Source: Turneriella sp.
GTDB lineage: Bacteria; Spirochaetota; Leptospiria; Turneriellales; Turneriellaceae
NCBI GenBank assembly: GCA_965279515.1
Contig: CBDIID010000003.1
Coordinates: 480,001-544,000, forward strand
Reading direction: 5' to 3'
Length of the DNA stretch: 64,000 nt
The notes beneath the pieces were generated by a model. The model ran no database searches. It was not told where the DNA came from and saw only the letters and a list, made by a program, of their open reading frames with translations. Below, in pieces: positions 9,279 to 18,640 of the stretch. The translations under genes were made by a program, and so were the position numbers. Within the stretch, counting starts at the first letter, position 1, and the number at the start of each line of letters is the position of its first letter.

Positions 9279-11752
9279 TACGCCGGCTCCGCTTTGTCCA
9301 GGATGTCGAGGAACTGATCGGCGAGCTGCCGCGCGAACTCTTCGCGGCTCAGGCCCCTGCCTGCCAGCGTCAGATAGATATTGCCGAAGATTGATCCGGC
9401 TGAAATTCTACCACCGGCACCGCCGGTCAGCTTTTCCATGAGCGGCGAATCGGTTTTGATTGTCTGCGCCTGGCGTTGTACGAACTTCTCTGTCGCGTCG
9501 GTGTCGCGCCCCTGAATCTCTACGCCCTGGTTGAAGGTGTTCACCAGGGCTTTGCCTCGGGCCTTCAGGTTAGAGAGCGGGCCTTCCTTCGCGTCTGATG
9601 ACGGCAGAAAGCGGGTGATGCTGGCGGCGAGGTCTTTGATTTCTACATCGGTAAAAACCTTGCCCTTGCGGATGCCCTCGGCGAAAGTTTTTGCGAGAGC
9701 CATGCCCTTTTCTTCGATCTTGTTGAGCTCCGATTTGCTGCCGAGCTTTTCAGCCAGGTCGACTTTGCCAACGTCGAGCGCGTCCTGAATTTTGCCCTGC
9801 AGGTCGGTCAGCGCCGAGATCTGATTTTCCATCGCCGCTTTTGACGCGGCACTGGCCATCGGCTGTGCGGCTTTGAGCGCATCGATGCGCTGCTTGATTT
9901 CGTCGAGGCCGGAAGAGACTTTGCCGCGGGCGTCCTCTTGCCCCTTGAGTTTCTCTACTGCATCGCTCTGCAGTTTGATCTGCTGCGTCAGCTTCTGGTA
10001 TTCCGGTAGTTTTGTCTGGCCGGCCTTTTCAAGAATGTCTTGTTTCTTCTTCAGCTCTTCGAGCTGGGTGTTCGCCTTCTTCAGATCCATCGCCAGCTGA
10101 TCGCCGGCGGTGATTTTGAAGCCAAAGACCGACTTGATGATCTCCCAGTTGTCGACGATTTTCTTGATGAGATTAATGAGCGGTTCGTATGCACCCCAGA
10201 TAGAAAAGCCCGCACTCTTAGCGACCTTCTCGGAATCGATCAGGTGGGCTTTGAGATCATCCCAGTAAACGATCAGCGCCATGATGCCTGTGATTAACGC
10301 GAAGATCGGGTTGATCGACATGACCGCGTTTAATCCTATCTGCGCGATTTTCAGAACGCCGGCTTTAATCGCAGCAAAGCTGAAGCCGTTACCGAGCAGC
10401 TGCACACCGATCGCGTAGGCTTTCGAGGCACTGCCCGCGAGACCCGAGGCCAGGGCATTCTGATACATGAGCAAATTGTAGATTCGCATCGCAGCACCGT
10501 AAGCCATAACGGTACCACCGACGACACTTACAGCCACCGCTAGACCGCCCAGATTAGAGAGCAGGCTCGCGAGTGCCGGGCTTTGCTGCGCGGCCTTCTG
10601 TATCCAGACGAACAGGTCGGCAATTTTACCGGCGAGCGGCGCGATGAAAGAATCGCCGAAGCCTTTCGCTATGAGATCTTTGAATGCTTTCCACCCGGCG
10701 CCCACGCGGGCGACCTGCTGCGAGAGGTTCAGCAGGTTTTCTTTTGAAGCCTCGTTGACAAACTTCATGTTCCCGGCTTTGTTGAGATCCTGAATCGTCT
10801 TGATTTCAGAGCCCAGCTCTTTATAGGCGGGCAGCATTTCTTTGATGAAGCCGACAGCCTCTTCGCTGCCGAATGCCTTTTTGATCTTATCAAGCTCTGT
10901 GAGATCGAGCGTGTCGCCGAAACGTGCGCGAAGTTGCGCGAGCAGCTTTGGCATGTCGCTGAGTTTGCCGTTGGCGTCGACCGCGCGCAATCCGAGTTTG
11001 CCGAAACCTTCGGCGATATTTACCAGGAACGCACGATACGAAGTACCGGCAACGCCGGCCTGCATGGTGTTCTGCAGTCGGCCGAGAACGACACTCTGCT
11101 CTTCGAGCGGAATGCCAAGCGAAGCAGCCGATGCGCCGAGCGATTGCATCGCCTGCTGCATTTTTGCGCCGTCGGTTTTATAGACGTTGGCCGAGTAGCT
11201 GATGGTGTTTGCGAAAAGGGCGGCGAAGTTCTCGTCGTTGAGACCCTTGTACATTTTCTTAAACTGAGCGTGGGCGACGCCGAAGAGGTCAGAAAGTCCG
11301 GCGAAGTCACCCTTCGTCGCCAGAGCCAGCTTTGCGATCTGTTCGCTGATGCCGGCGAGCTGTCCAGGATCAAGGCTCGATACTGCGGATTTAATATCGT
11401 AGATACCGGTGAGGAAAGTTTCTTTCGCGATGCCGTATTCAGAAGCCATCACTCGGGTCGACTGCGAGATCTTGTCGGTCTCCTGGGCAGTGATGCCCAG
11501 CGAGCGGATGTTGGCCTCGAGCTTCGAGGACTCCATACGCGCGGCAATGAGTCCGCTGGCAAGCACCAGGCCCGAGCCCAGCACGGCGCCACCGATTTTC
11601 AGGCTCTTCATGCTCGCTTCGAACATGGCGAGATCATCGGCGCGGCCTTTGAGTTGGTTTCTGAAATCGTTGAGCTTGCCTTTGATGCCATCCATTTTTT
11701 CGGACAGCATATCCTTGAGAGTGAGAACGGCACCGAGCTTGAAATAATCCAT
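9278..11752 (-). CDS. Tail tape measure protein
   Basis: 824-aa helical Ala/Gly-rich protein with TP901-like core (AGTSYRAFL) and hydrophobic segments. Confidence 0.92.
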   Translation of the reverse strand: MDYFKLGAVLTLKDMLSEKMDGIKGKLNDFRNQLKGRADDLAMFEASMKSLKIGGAVLGSGLVLASGLIAARMESSKLEANIRSLGITAQETDKISQSTRVMASEYGIAKETFLTGIYDIKSAVSSLDPGQLAGISEQIAKLALATKGDFAGLSDLFGVAHAQFKKMYKGLNDENFAALFANTISYSANVYKTDGAKMQQAMQSLGASAASLGIPLEEQSVVLGRLQNTMQAGVAGTSYRAFLVNIAEGFGKLGLRAVDANGKLSDMPKLLAQLRARFGDTLDLTELDKIKKAFGSEEAVGFIKEMLPAYKELGSEIKTIQDLNKAGNMKFVNEASKENLLNLSQQVARVGAGWKAFKDLIAKGFGDSFIAPLAGKIADLFVWIQKAAQQSPALASLLSNLGGLAVAVSVVGGTVMAYGAAMRIYNLLMYQNALASGLAGSASKAYAIGVQLLGNGFSFAAIKAGVLKIAQIGLNAVMSINPIFALITGIMALIVYWDDLKAHLIDSEKVAKSAGFSIWGAYEPLINLIKKIVDNWEIIKSVFGFKITAGDQLAMDLKKANTQLEELKKKQDILEKAGQTKLPEYQKLTQQIKLQSDAVEKLKGQEDARGKVSSGLDEIKQRIDALKAAQPMASAASKAAMENQISALTDLQGKIQDALDVGKVDLAEKLGSKSELNKIEEKGMALAKTFAEGIRKGKVFTDVEIKDLAASITRFLPSSDAKEGPLSNLKARGKALVNTFNQGVEIQGRDTDATEKFVQRQAQTIKTDSPLMEKLTGGAGGRISAGSIFGNIYLTLAGRGLSREEFARQLADQFLDILDKAEPA

Positions 11753-11761
11753 CAGCCGGCC

Positions 11762-11956
11762 TCACTCAGAATTGAAAGAGCGCGCGATGGCGTTGGCCAT
11801 GTTGCGTTCAAGGCGATCTTCGAGCCATTTGCAGTCGACGATCGCCCGGTTGTAGTTTTCAATGGACATTCTTTTTGGATCGAGGCGCAGGTAGTACCGT
11901 ATAAGTATATCCCCGCCAAACCCCCGATCCAGTTCACCTTCTCTGACCTCTATAGC
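11762..11956 (-). CDS. -1 frameshift extension of tail assembly chaperone (GT-like), 64 aa; not in ORF track
   Basis: A AAA AAG at 11956..11962; -1 frame reads AIEVREGELDRGFGGDILIRYYLRLDPKRMSIENYNRAIVDCKWLEDRLERNMANAIARSFNSE*. Confidence 0.8.
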   Translation of the reverse strand, partial: AIEVREGELDRGFGGDILIRYYLRLDPKRMSIENYNRAIVDCKWLEDRLERNMANAIARSFNSE

Positions 11957-12330
11957 TTTTTTACTTTGGCCTTGGTGGTGACGTTGGCGATCTCAATCAG
12001 CTGCTCGCTGATGGGAATGCACATCGCCCATTCTTGCTGCGCGAGCTCATTGAAGCTGAGAACGTCGGGATAGAGCACCGTGCGGCGGCAGATCTCGCGC
12101 GAGCTTTCAGGCCCGCTGATTTCTTTGCGCGTCGCAGAGGTGAAGTCCGATTCCTTCGGTGTACGGAAGACCCCGTTGAATTCGCGATCGCCGGAAATAC
12201 GGATAGAGATCTGGTGGATCTCGCCGTGCTTCTTTTTCCAGGCTTCGATCTGGTCGCCCAGATCTTCGAGCGGCAGCTCGCCGATTCCCGGCAGCTGCTT
12301 CGGCTCAGTGGCTGATTTTGTTTCTTTCAT
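11950..12330 (-). CDS. Tail assembly chaperone (G-like)
   Basis: IEAWKKKHGEI motif; between tube and tape measure genes; ends VKKL over a slippery site. Confidence 0.85.
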   Translation of the reverse strand: MKETKSATEPKQLPGIGELPLEDLGDQIEAWKKKHGEIHQISIRISGDREFNGVFRTPKESDFTSATRKEISGPESSREICRRTVLYPDVLSFNELAQQEWAMCIPISEQLIEIANVTTKAKVKKL

Positions 12331-12343
12331 GTTGCATTACTCC

Positions 12344-12757
12344 TTATGCTTTTGTTTTCTGGACTGGCCCTACGACCTTGAACGGCAGATCGTGAATGAA
12401 ACGCTTGTCCTTGTTCTTGCCGTTGAAACCGTCTTCGGTGAATTTGATCTGCGATAGAATGTGCGTCAGCGTGGGCAGATCTGAACTCGACTCGATGATG
12501 ATGAACGGCAGGGGCGGCATCTTCAACAGGTCGTAGCCAAACGCCACGGCGAAATCGAGGATGTTCATGTACTCCTGACCGGAAACCTTGAGCGAACCTT
12601 CGCCCGTTGTTTCGCCCTGGCCCCAGGCACTCGGTTGACCTTCGTTGTCCGTAAAGACTTCGATCTCTGTTTTCAGCTTATAGCTGACTTCCTCGGCATT
12701 GACGAGCGTGCGCCCGCCGAGGATTGCTTTCGTGTTTTTCCAGCTGTATTCTTCCAT
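12344..12757 (-). CDS. Tail tube protein
   Basis: EYSW N-terminus, 137 aa, follows sheath gene. Confidence 0.8.
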   Translation of the reverse strand: MEEYSWKNTKAILGGRTLVNAEEVSYKLKTEIEVFTDNEGQPSAWGQGETTGEGSLKVSGQEYMNILDFAVAFGYDLLKMPPLPFIIIESSSDLPTLTHILSQIKFTEDGFNGKNKDKRFIHDLPFKVVGPVQKTKA

Positions 12758-12769
12758 GGTTTACCTGCC

Positions 12770-14206
12770 TTACATCGTTGCCACATCGAGCTCGATGTCT
12801 TCCATCGTGCCGATCGGCTTGAACTTGATTTTCCCCACGACCTTCTTCGTGGTCGCGACGTCCTGTTTCGGGTCGAGATAGGTTGTGTGCGAATCGATTT
12901 CGCGGTCCCCCTTCTTCTCCATGCTTTCGGAAATCGCGTTGTTGATCTCCGTTGCGAGCGCGGGAATGCCACCGATGCCGGCGTCGGGATGCGACGGGCT
13001 TTCGAGGAACTTCATGATACGACGGCGCACCACGCGGCAGATCTTATCAGCCGCGCGCAATACCTGGATACGCGTGAAGTCAGAGGTATCCACAGCCATC
13101 GTGCTGCCGTGGCTGAAGTAGAAGCCTGCATAGTCTTCGTACTGCAGAGCGACGATGTAGCCGTTTTCGGAGAGCAGATCGAGCCACGATTTCGGATCTT
13201 CGTCCCGGTTCGATAGCGCTTCATAATCTTCGATCGCGCTTACCGTCAGGAAAGCGAACCGATCGACGAAGCCAGGAGATTCGTGGACACGCGCGGCTGA
13301 AAGTTTCGCACCGAGCACTGTGCCCAGGTTGCGCACTTCACCGGTGCCGATGTATGTGCCGCGGTTGACAACGACCTGCACGCGTGCGTGGCGAAAACTT
13401 TTCGCCTCGTTGATGCGGGCCATTGCCCATTCGTCGACGGTTTCTTCGTCTTCGATATCGCGCGCTGTGGCCTCCATGATAAAGGTCACGCGGTGCTTGT
13501 ACTTCGTGATCCACTCATCGGCGAGCGCGCCGACAGAAGTCCAGAAGCTTGCCACCGATGCGCCGAGCACATGGATGAAGCGGATCTGGTGCGCCTGCTT
13601 TGCAGCGCGGATCGCGGTCAGCGTGTTGTTGACCGAAGCCGTGGGGCCGAAGCATTCAAACTCGTAGGTATCTCCGGCAACGAACGAGGTACTCGGTGTG
13701 CCGCCATTGGTGAACGCGATCGTTACGCCGGCAGCGAGAGAGATCGGAGAAGCAGATGCCGGGGTCGTGAGCTCCGCACTCCAGGTCTTGCCGCCATCAG
13801 ACGACTTACGGTAGGTGGCCGTCGCCGATGCGCCGCCGAGAATAATCTCGACGATGAACTTGCGCGTGCCGGTTACCGTGCCAGCGGTCGCATGCGTTGC
13901 GGTTCCGGTACCGGTGTGTTCGACATCGCCAATGGAACCCGCGACATCGCTGACCGGGCGGCAGAAGTAGAACGGCGGCGGGGTCTGACCTTTGGCTTCG
14001 GAGAACTCTTCGAAGTGCTGCTTAGCCGCGGCGAGCAGTGGGCCAGAGATCAGCAGGTTTTTCGCATCGAAGTACGAGCCGGCGGTGAGGATGGTGTTCG
14101 CATCACCGCCTTCGGCTGCACCGACTTTCAGCTGGATGCCGTCTTCGCCCTTCGGTGCGGCGCCGATGCCGCCGTCGATCAGATTGGTTTTTACATCTCC
14201 GGTCAT
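12770..14206 (-). CDS. Tail sheath protein (DUF2586-like)
   Basis: DVKTNLIDGGIG start, RAADKICRVVR and KPIGTMEDIEL end. Confidence 0.85.
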   Translation of the reverse strand: MTGDVKTNLIDGGIGAAPKGEDGIQLKVGAAEGGDANTILTAGSYFDAKNLLISGPLLAAAKQHFEEFSEAKGQTPPPFYFCRPVSDVAGSIGDVEHTGTGTATHATAGTVTGTRKFIVEIILGGASATATYRKSSDGGKTWSAELTTPASASPISLAAGVTIAFTNGGTPSTSFVAGDTYEFECFGPTASVNNTLTAIRAAKQAHQIRFIHVLGASVASFWTSVGALADEWITKYKHRVTFIMEATARDIEDEETVDEWAMARINEAKSFRHARVQVVVNRGTYIGTGEVRNLGTVLGAKLSAARVHESPGFVDRFAFLTVSAIEDYEALSNRDEDPKSWLDLLSENGYIVALQYEDYAGFYFSHGSTMAVDTSDFTRIQVLRAADKICRVVRRRIMKFLESPSHPDAGIGGIPALATEINNAISESMEKKGDREIDSHTTYLDPKQDVATTKKVVGKIKFKPIGTMEDIELDVATM

Positions 14207-14493
14207 TTCTTACCTGCCTTGGGTTTTCTTTCCCCGAATTTTCCGCCGCCGAATTTCTCCAGCGCGGCTTTGAAATCTGCTTCGTTGATTTCTGCGTCCC
14301 AGTCTGCCTTGCGGTCGGCGCATGCGCCGCGCGCGAGCGGGTAATCCGCTCCCAGCTCTGTGACCCAGAACTGCCAGTTCTTGATCGGCTTTTTCGCGGC
14401 TGCAGATTCTGCCACCGGTTCAACGGGCTTCGACTTCGCCGAGCCCTCGCCTTTGCCCGATGCTTCGGGTTCTTTAGGAATTTTTTCGCTCAT
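14203..14493 (-). CDS. Hypothetical phage protein
   Basis: Translationally coupled (ATGA overlaps) between neighbours. Confidence 0.6.
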   Translation of the reverse strand: MSEKIPKEPEASGKGEGSAKSKPVEPVAESAAAKKPIKNWQFWVTELGADYPLARGACADRKADWDAEINEADFKAALEKFGGGKFGERKPKAGKK

Positions 14494-15029
14494 GTGGTTA
14501 CTCCAATGTCAATTTGATCTGCAGCCGGTAAGAGAGGAACATGCTCACTTTTGTATTTGTTTTCGATAAATTTAAGCCGGATAACGACCTTGTAGAAGTC
14601 GTCGTTTTCGTCTTCGACGATGTCGCCGCCGAGGAACTCCACCTCGACGCTCTCGCCTTCAGAGTTTTTGATGCGATCGTTCAGACCGACATGGGCTTCA
14701 GCCTGGTCTGAGAGCGTCGCCTTGATAATTTCGCTCGCGAGATCTTTCAACCAGAAGTCGATCTGGAACTCATAGTGCATGCGCACGCGGGATTTTTTCA
14801 GCGTGACGAAGTTCTGACGCACTGTGCGCTCACCGTAGCTCTCGTCGGGCACAGGTGTTGATGAAGGCGTGCGGATCACTACGAGCCTGTCGCGTATCGC
14901 CGAGGCGTATTGCTTCGGCATGAATTCGAGAATGTCTGAACGCTCGAAGGCCTTGCCATCGAGGCCCATAGCCATAAGCATCGCGATCAGATACTCGTAC
15001 TTTAAATCGAGCTTCACCTGATCGCTCAC
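14490..15029 (-). CDS. Probable tail terminator / completion protein
   Basis: Synteny between neck and sheath genes. Confidence 0.5.
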   Translation of the reverse strand: MSDQVKLDLKYEYLIAMLMAMGLDGKAFERSDILEFMPKQYASAIRDRLVVIRTPSSTPVPDESYGERTVRQNFVTLKKSRVRMHYEFQIDFWLKDLASEIIKATLSDQAEAHVGLNDRIKNSEGESVEVEFLGGDIVEDENDDFYKVVIRLKFIENKYKSEHVPLLPAADQIDIGVTT

Positions 15030-15490
15030 GGGAAAACCTCACGCATCGTGTTGACCATGTCGGCGCGGCGTTCTTCTTCAGTCTCTTTCGCTGCCGGCGC
15101 CAGGTGTGGACGCGCCTTGATTTTTTTCTTCTCGAAACCGAACTCAAGCGCGCGCGCCTGCGGGTGGTTAGAGCCGACCGCATACTCAGCATCGCCGACC
15201 TTCTGATCAGCGAACGAGTTCACGTAGTTACCAGATGGGTGCGAACCTTTGCGGCTGCGTACGCCGCTGATCAGCTTCTTGTTCGAGCCGCCAGCCTTGG
15301 CTTTGCGTGCCGCATACTTCGGGTCGAGAGCCGGCCAGTTCGCGGGCTGACTGTGAATTTTTTTCACGACTGCAGCGCGTAGAATCTTTGCACTGCGCGC
15401 GACGGCTTTATCAGCCTGGCGGTGAATGCGGCCAGGTAGTTCGACCATCTTCTTGAGCGCTTCGTCGAAGCCGACAATCTCAAGGCTCAC
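15026..15490 (-). CDS. Virion morphogenesis / neck protein (HK97 gp10 or Mu gpG-like)
   Basis: WPALDPKY and VGSNHPQARALEFG..IKARPHL motifs. Confidence 0.75.
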   Translation of the reverse strand: MSLEIVGFDEALKKMVELPGRIHRQADKAVARSAKILRAAVVKKIHSQPANWPALDPKYAARKAKAGGSNKKLISGVRSRKGSHPSGNYVNSFADQKVGDAEYAVGSNHPQARALEFGFEKKKIKARPHLAPAAKETEEERRADMVNTMREVFP

Positions 15491-15872
15491 GCTGCACCTC
15501 CAGAACCGTGAAGGTTGCGCCAGGCTTGATTGTCTGCTCGTCGGGTTTGATGAGCTTGCACGCGAAACCGCCGACGGGTTTTTTGTCGGTACCGAGACGG
15601 CCGTTGACGATGATCTTGTCTTCGCCGACGATCGTGAGGCCTGCGCGTTTCACGAAGGTAACACGATAGCGCTCAGGCGTTTGCCCGCCGCCCTGCGTCT
15701 GGTCGACGATTACGGGCAGGCAGCGCAGACGCACCGAATCGATGAAGATGTAGTCGTATTCCCGTTTCGGCGAGGCGTTGATTCCCGTTTCCGAACCTTT
15801 ATTCTTGCCTATGATGACGCTGTTGTGAGCCAGCACGTTGAACTTGGCTTTGATGAACTCTGCCGAGATCAT
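15480..15872 (-). CDS. Putative head closure protein
   Basis: Synteny and gene coupling. Confidence 0.5.
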   Translation of the reverse strand: MISAEFIKAKFNVLAHNSVIIGKNKGSETGINASPKREYDYIFIDSVRLRCLPVIVDQTQGGGQTPERYRVTFVKRAGLTIVGEDKIIVNGRLGTDKKPVGGFACKLIKPDEQTIKPGATFTVLEVQREP

Positions 15873-16315
15873 GGCGCGAGAACTCCCCCGAACTCGACAT
15901 CGGCGCTCCAGGGCGCCACGAGCCGTTCGGCTTTTGCGAGAAGGTTCTGTATCGTCTCGTCTTGCTCGTCTGCGCTTGCCCGCGCGACGCGAATGCTCAT
16001 CCCGTCGAAGCTGATAGATTCTTCGCCGGTACTGGCGCGACGCCAGGCTTCGGGTAGTATTTCAACAAGCGCGAGGGAGATCTCTGCGCGCGTGAGTTTC
16101 TTTTTCATCACTTCATCGGCATCGGATTCTCCTGCGGCTTCGTAATTCGCAGCACCGACCCAGTCGGTCAGACGCTGCTCGGCTTCCCAGATATAGCCCT
16201 CAAGAAACTCATCGAGCGCAGTTTTATCGCCGTCGACTTTCGTCGCGTCGTCGATGCCCCAGAAGCCGGCGTCAAAGCCGAGCTTCTTGATGTCTGCTGC
16301 GCTCGCGAGTGCCAT
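15869..16315 (-). CDS. Putative head-tail adaptor
   Basis: Helical 148-aa protein downstream of capsid gene. Confidence 0.55.
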   Translation of the reverse strand: MALASAADIKKLGFDAGFWGIDDATKVDGDKTALDEFLEGYIWEAEQRLTDWVGAANYEAAGESDADEVMKKKLTRAEISLALVEILPEAWRRASTGEESISFDGMSIRVARASADEQDETIQNLLAKAERLVAPWSADVEFGGVLAP

Positions 16316-16318
16316 GGG

Positions 16319-16750
16319 TTATTTGTTCGCCAGTGCCTCGAGTTCGTCGCGGTGATCTTCCAGGCTGATCATCGCATCCATAGCGCGGGCAACGTCCTTT
16401 TCCTTGATCGCCGCTTTTGCTTCAGCCAATGCCGCTTTCATCGCGGCGGCGGTTTCAGGTTTCAGATCTTTGTGCTCGGCGAGATCGCTGGCCTCTTCGA
16501 GAGCCGATTCGGCTTCTGCCAGAATCACCTTCGCCTCTTTGTCTGAGTATTTGCGATGACCGGGCGCAGGCGTCTTGTCGTCTTCGACGAGGACGAGTTC
16601 GCCAGAGCGGATCTTCTCCCGAACGAATTCGGAATCTTTCACCTTGATGATCTCGCCCTTACCTGGGGTCTTCGCGCCGATTCTTTGACCTTCAGGGTCT
16701 ACGAATTTGAGACCCTGATTGTCGAGACGGGGATGCAGTTTAACTTTCAT
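16319..16750 (-). CDS. Hypothetical phage protein
   Basis: Directly after major capsid gene with plausible SD. Confidence 0.6.
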   Translation of the reverse strand: MKVKLHPRLDNQGLKFVDPEGQRIGAKTPGKGEIIKVKDSEFVREKIRSGELVLVEDDKTPAPGHRKYSDKEAKVILAEAESALEEASDLAEHKDLKPETAAAMKAALAEAKAAIKEKDVARAMDAMISLEDHRDELEALANK

Positions 16751-16760
16751 GCATTGCCCC

Positions 16761-17801
16761 TTATGGTGAGATGTCGAGGTACGCCGACGCGCCGGTGAAG
16801 AGCTTGTTGAAGCCCACGACTTTGCTGATCACAGTTTTTTCGAACTGACGATCGATCAGCTTGTCTGTCTCAACGAGCGATGCGCCTTTTTCTTCGAGCA
16901 CTTCGAGCGAAGATTTCGGATCGATCGCGAGAATGACGTCAGCACCGAGGCCGCTGTTGATGCGCAGCTTGTTGCCGAAGACAGTTTGCGGAACGCCGTC
17001 TTTCAGCCATGGTGCCGCGATCAGAGCATCTTTGAACTCTGCCAGGCTCATGACCTTTTTCATGGTCGCTTTGTCGGCGAGCAGCATGCCAGGCTCGAAA
17101 CCTTCTTCGAAGGCCAACTCGAGCGTCAGCATATCGGCATAGGTGAGCGTGCCTGAAAGGGCGATGCCTACGTCGCTGGCTGGGTTGGTGTTGCCGTCGC
17201 CGTTGACGAGAACGGCCAGACCTTCAGAGACCATCTTGCGGCCGAGCTTTGTACCGATCGCCTGCAGTGTTACTGCCAGAACGTTCGCCTTGGTGCGACG
17301 CAGAGCTTCATAGCTCGATTCGATCTGCATGCCGATTTTGAGAAGGTTGATTGCTTTCTCTTTGGTCTTGCCGATGACTTTCGAGAAGATCGCGCCTTCT
17401 GCAGTGCGCTTGTAGTCGACGTCGCTGGTGGACATGTCGAATTCGATGCCTTCGTACTTACCGCTGTCGACTTGGGTGGTCGTTGCCGCGATTTCGTCGA
17501 TCGTCGCTTCAAACTTACCGCGGCCGAGACCGAGGCGCACGTTGCGCGAAACGAATTCAGGAAAGAGGATCGAGCTCCCCGAAGTTTTGAAAAAATCGGA
17601 AACGAGGCTGGCATTGCCTTTGCCTACGTTGATTTTTTGGTGCATCAGCTGACGCTCGAAAGCGTCGAGCTTCGACAGCTTCGAGCCTTTGTACTCTTCG
17701 CTGGGATCGAGTTTTTCGAGATGTTCTGTGAGCGTGCGGTTCGCCTGAGTCGCTTCGCCGTAAATGCCCTTATCGAGCTTAAGTTCTTCAAATTTTGCCA
17801 T
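16761..17801 (-). CDS. Major capsid protein (start corrected to MAKFEEL)
   Basis: AGGAG SD before ATG at 17801; LFPEFV, AEGA and KIGMQIESSYEALRR are HK97-fold-type motifs. Confidence 0.85.
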   Translation of the reverse strand: MAKFEELKLDKGIYGEATQANRTLTEHLEKLDPSEEYKGSKLSKLDAFERQLMHQKINVGKGNASLVSDFFKTSGSSILFPEFVSRNVRLGLGRGKFEATIDEIAATTTQVDSGKYEGIEFDMSTSDVDYKRTAEGAIFSKVIGKTKEKAINLLKIGMQIESSYEALRRTKANVLAVTLQAIGTKLGRKMVSEGLAVLVNGDGNTNPASDVGIALSGTLTYADMLTLELAFEEGFEPGMLLADKATMKKVMSLAEFKDALIAAPWLKDGVPQTVFGNKLRINSGLGADVILAIDPKSSLEVLEEKGASLVETDKLIDRQFEKTVISKVVGFNKLFTGASAYLDISP

Positions 17802-17818
17802 TGTTTTCTCCTGTGATT

Positions 17819-18184
17819 TTAAAGCACGATCGTGACTTCTGTGTCTGTCGTGTTGACGTTGAGTACGTGGAACGCTTTGCCGTTGGTGCCATCGACGCGC
17901 ACCGCACCGCTGCCCGCGCATTCCAGCAGGGACGAAGGTACCGCCGGTGCTGTGCTCGTGTATTTGAGCGTACGAACGCAACGCCCGAAATTGACCGTGC
18001 AGACATCCGCCTCGATGGTTTCAACGATGCCGGTGAGCGGATCGTCCGCAGCAGCGAGCACGACTGTTTCGTTAGCACTGATCTTGATCGGCTTACCTTC
18101 GTCCGTGCCTTTGACGAGAGTTGAGTGTTTCATTGTTACCGGTGTGCCTTCACCGGCAGATTTGTTAGTTACGGGAAATGACAT
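17819..18184 (-). CDS. Capsid decoration / cement protein
   Basis: 121-aa beta-rich protein between protease and capsid genes. Confidence 0.6.
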   Translation of the reverse strand: MSFPVTNKSAGEGTPVTMKHSTLVKGTDEGKPIKISANETVVLAAADDPLTGIVETIEADVCTVNFGRCVRTLKYTSTAPAVPSSLLECAGSGAVRVDGTNGKAFHVLNVNTTDTEVTIVL

Positions 18185-18196
18185 GTGTTACCTGCC

Positions 18197-18640
18197 TTAT
18201 TTGATTTGGAAGTTTTCGACGTCGTCGTCTGAACTGCTCGCTGATTGTTGATTACCTTCGGTCGTTACCGAAGATTGCCGATCGTTGGCTGGGTGCAGCT
18301 GATCTGCACGGGTCTTGTAGTCCGCGGCCAGTGCCTTCACCGTTTCGATGGGTGCCGTTTGCAGAGACTTAATGATCTCTTCAGATGCTTTGCCTTCTCC
18401 CGCGCACAGGCGGTAGAATTTTTCGGCGTCGTCGCGCAGCGCTTTCTCGTGCTGCTCGCCGAGCTCGGCTTTCGGTTTGAGTTCGGCGATCTCTTGCGTG
18501 AGCGCTTCGTTCACACGGCTGACGTCAGCCATCAATGCGTCGAATTGCGCCTGCGAGATTTCCACCTCTTCAACCCCTTTGGCGAAAAGACCCTCGGTTT
18601 TCATGCCGAGCTTCTCGCAGAATTGTTTTTTCAATTTCAC
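18197..18640 (-). CDS. Nested in-frame scaffold protein (Mu gpZ-like), 147 aa
   Basis: AGGAGG (18649..18654), 8 nt spacer, in-frame GTG at 18640. Confidence 0.65.
   Translation of the reverse strand: MKLKKQFCEKLGMKTEGLFAKGVEEVEISQAQFDALMADVSRVNEALTQEIAELKPKAELGEQHEKALRDDAEKFYRLCAGEGKASEEIIKSLQTAPIETVKALAADYKTRADQLHPANDRQSSVTTEGNQQSASSSDDDVENFQIK

Noticed and set aside
11752..11937. 61-aa ORF before the tape measure gene in the ORF track
   Set aside because: Same frame as the chaperone beyond its stop; the -1 frame reached through A_AAA_AAG gives a much more chaperone-like sequence
10934..14344. Long plus-strand ORFs (379, 193 and 318 aa) opposite tail genes
   Set aside because: Antisense shadows of GC-rich coding sequence with no motifs
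17802..17981. 60-aa N-terminal extension of the capsid ORF
   Set aside because: Overlaps the decoration gene; a strong SD supports ATG at 17801
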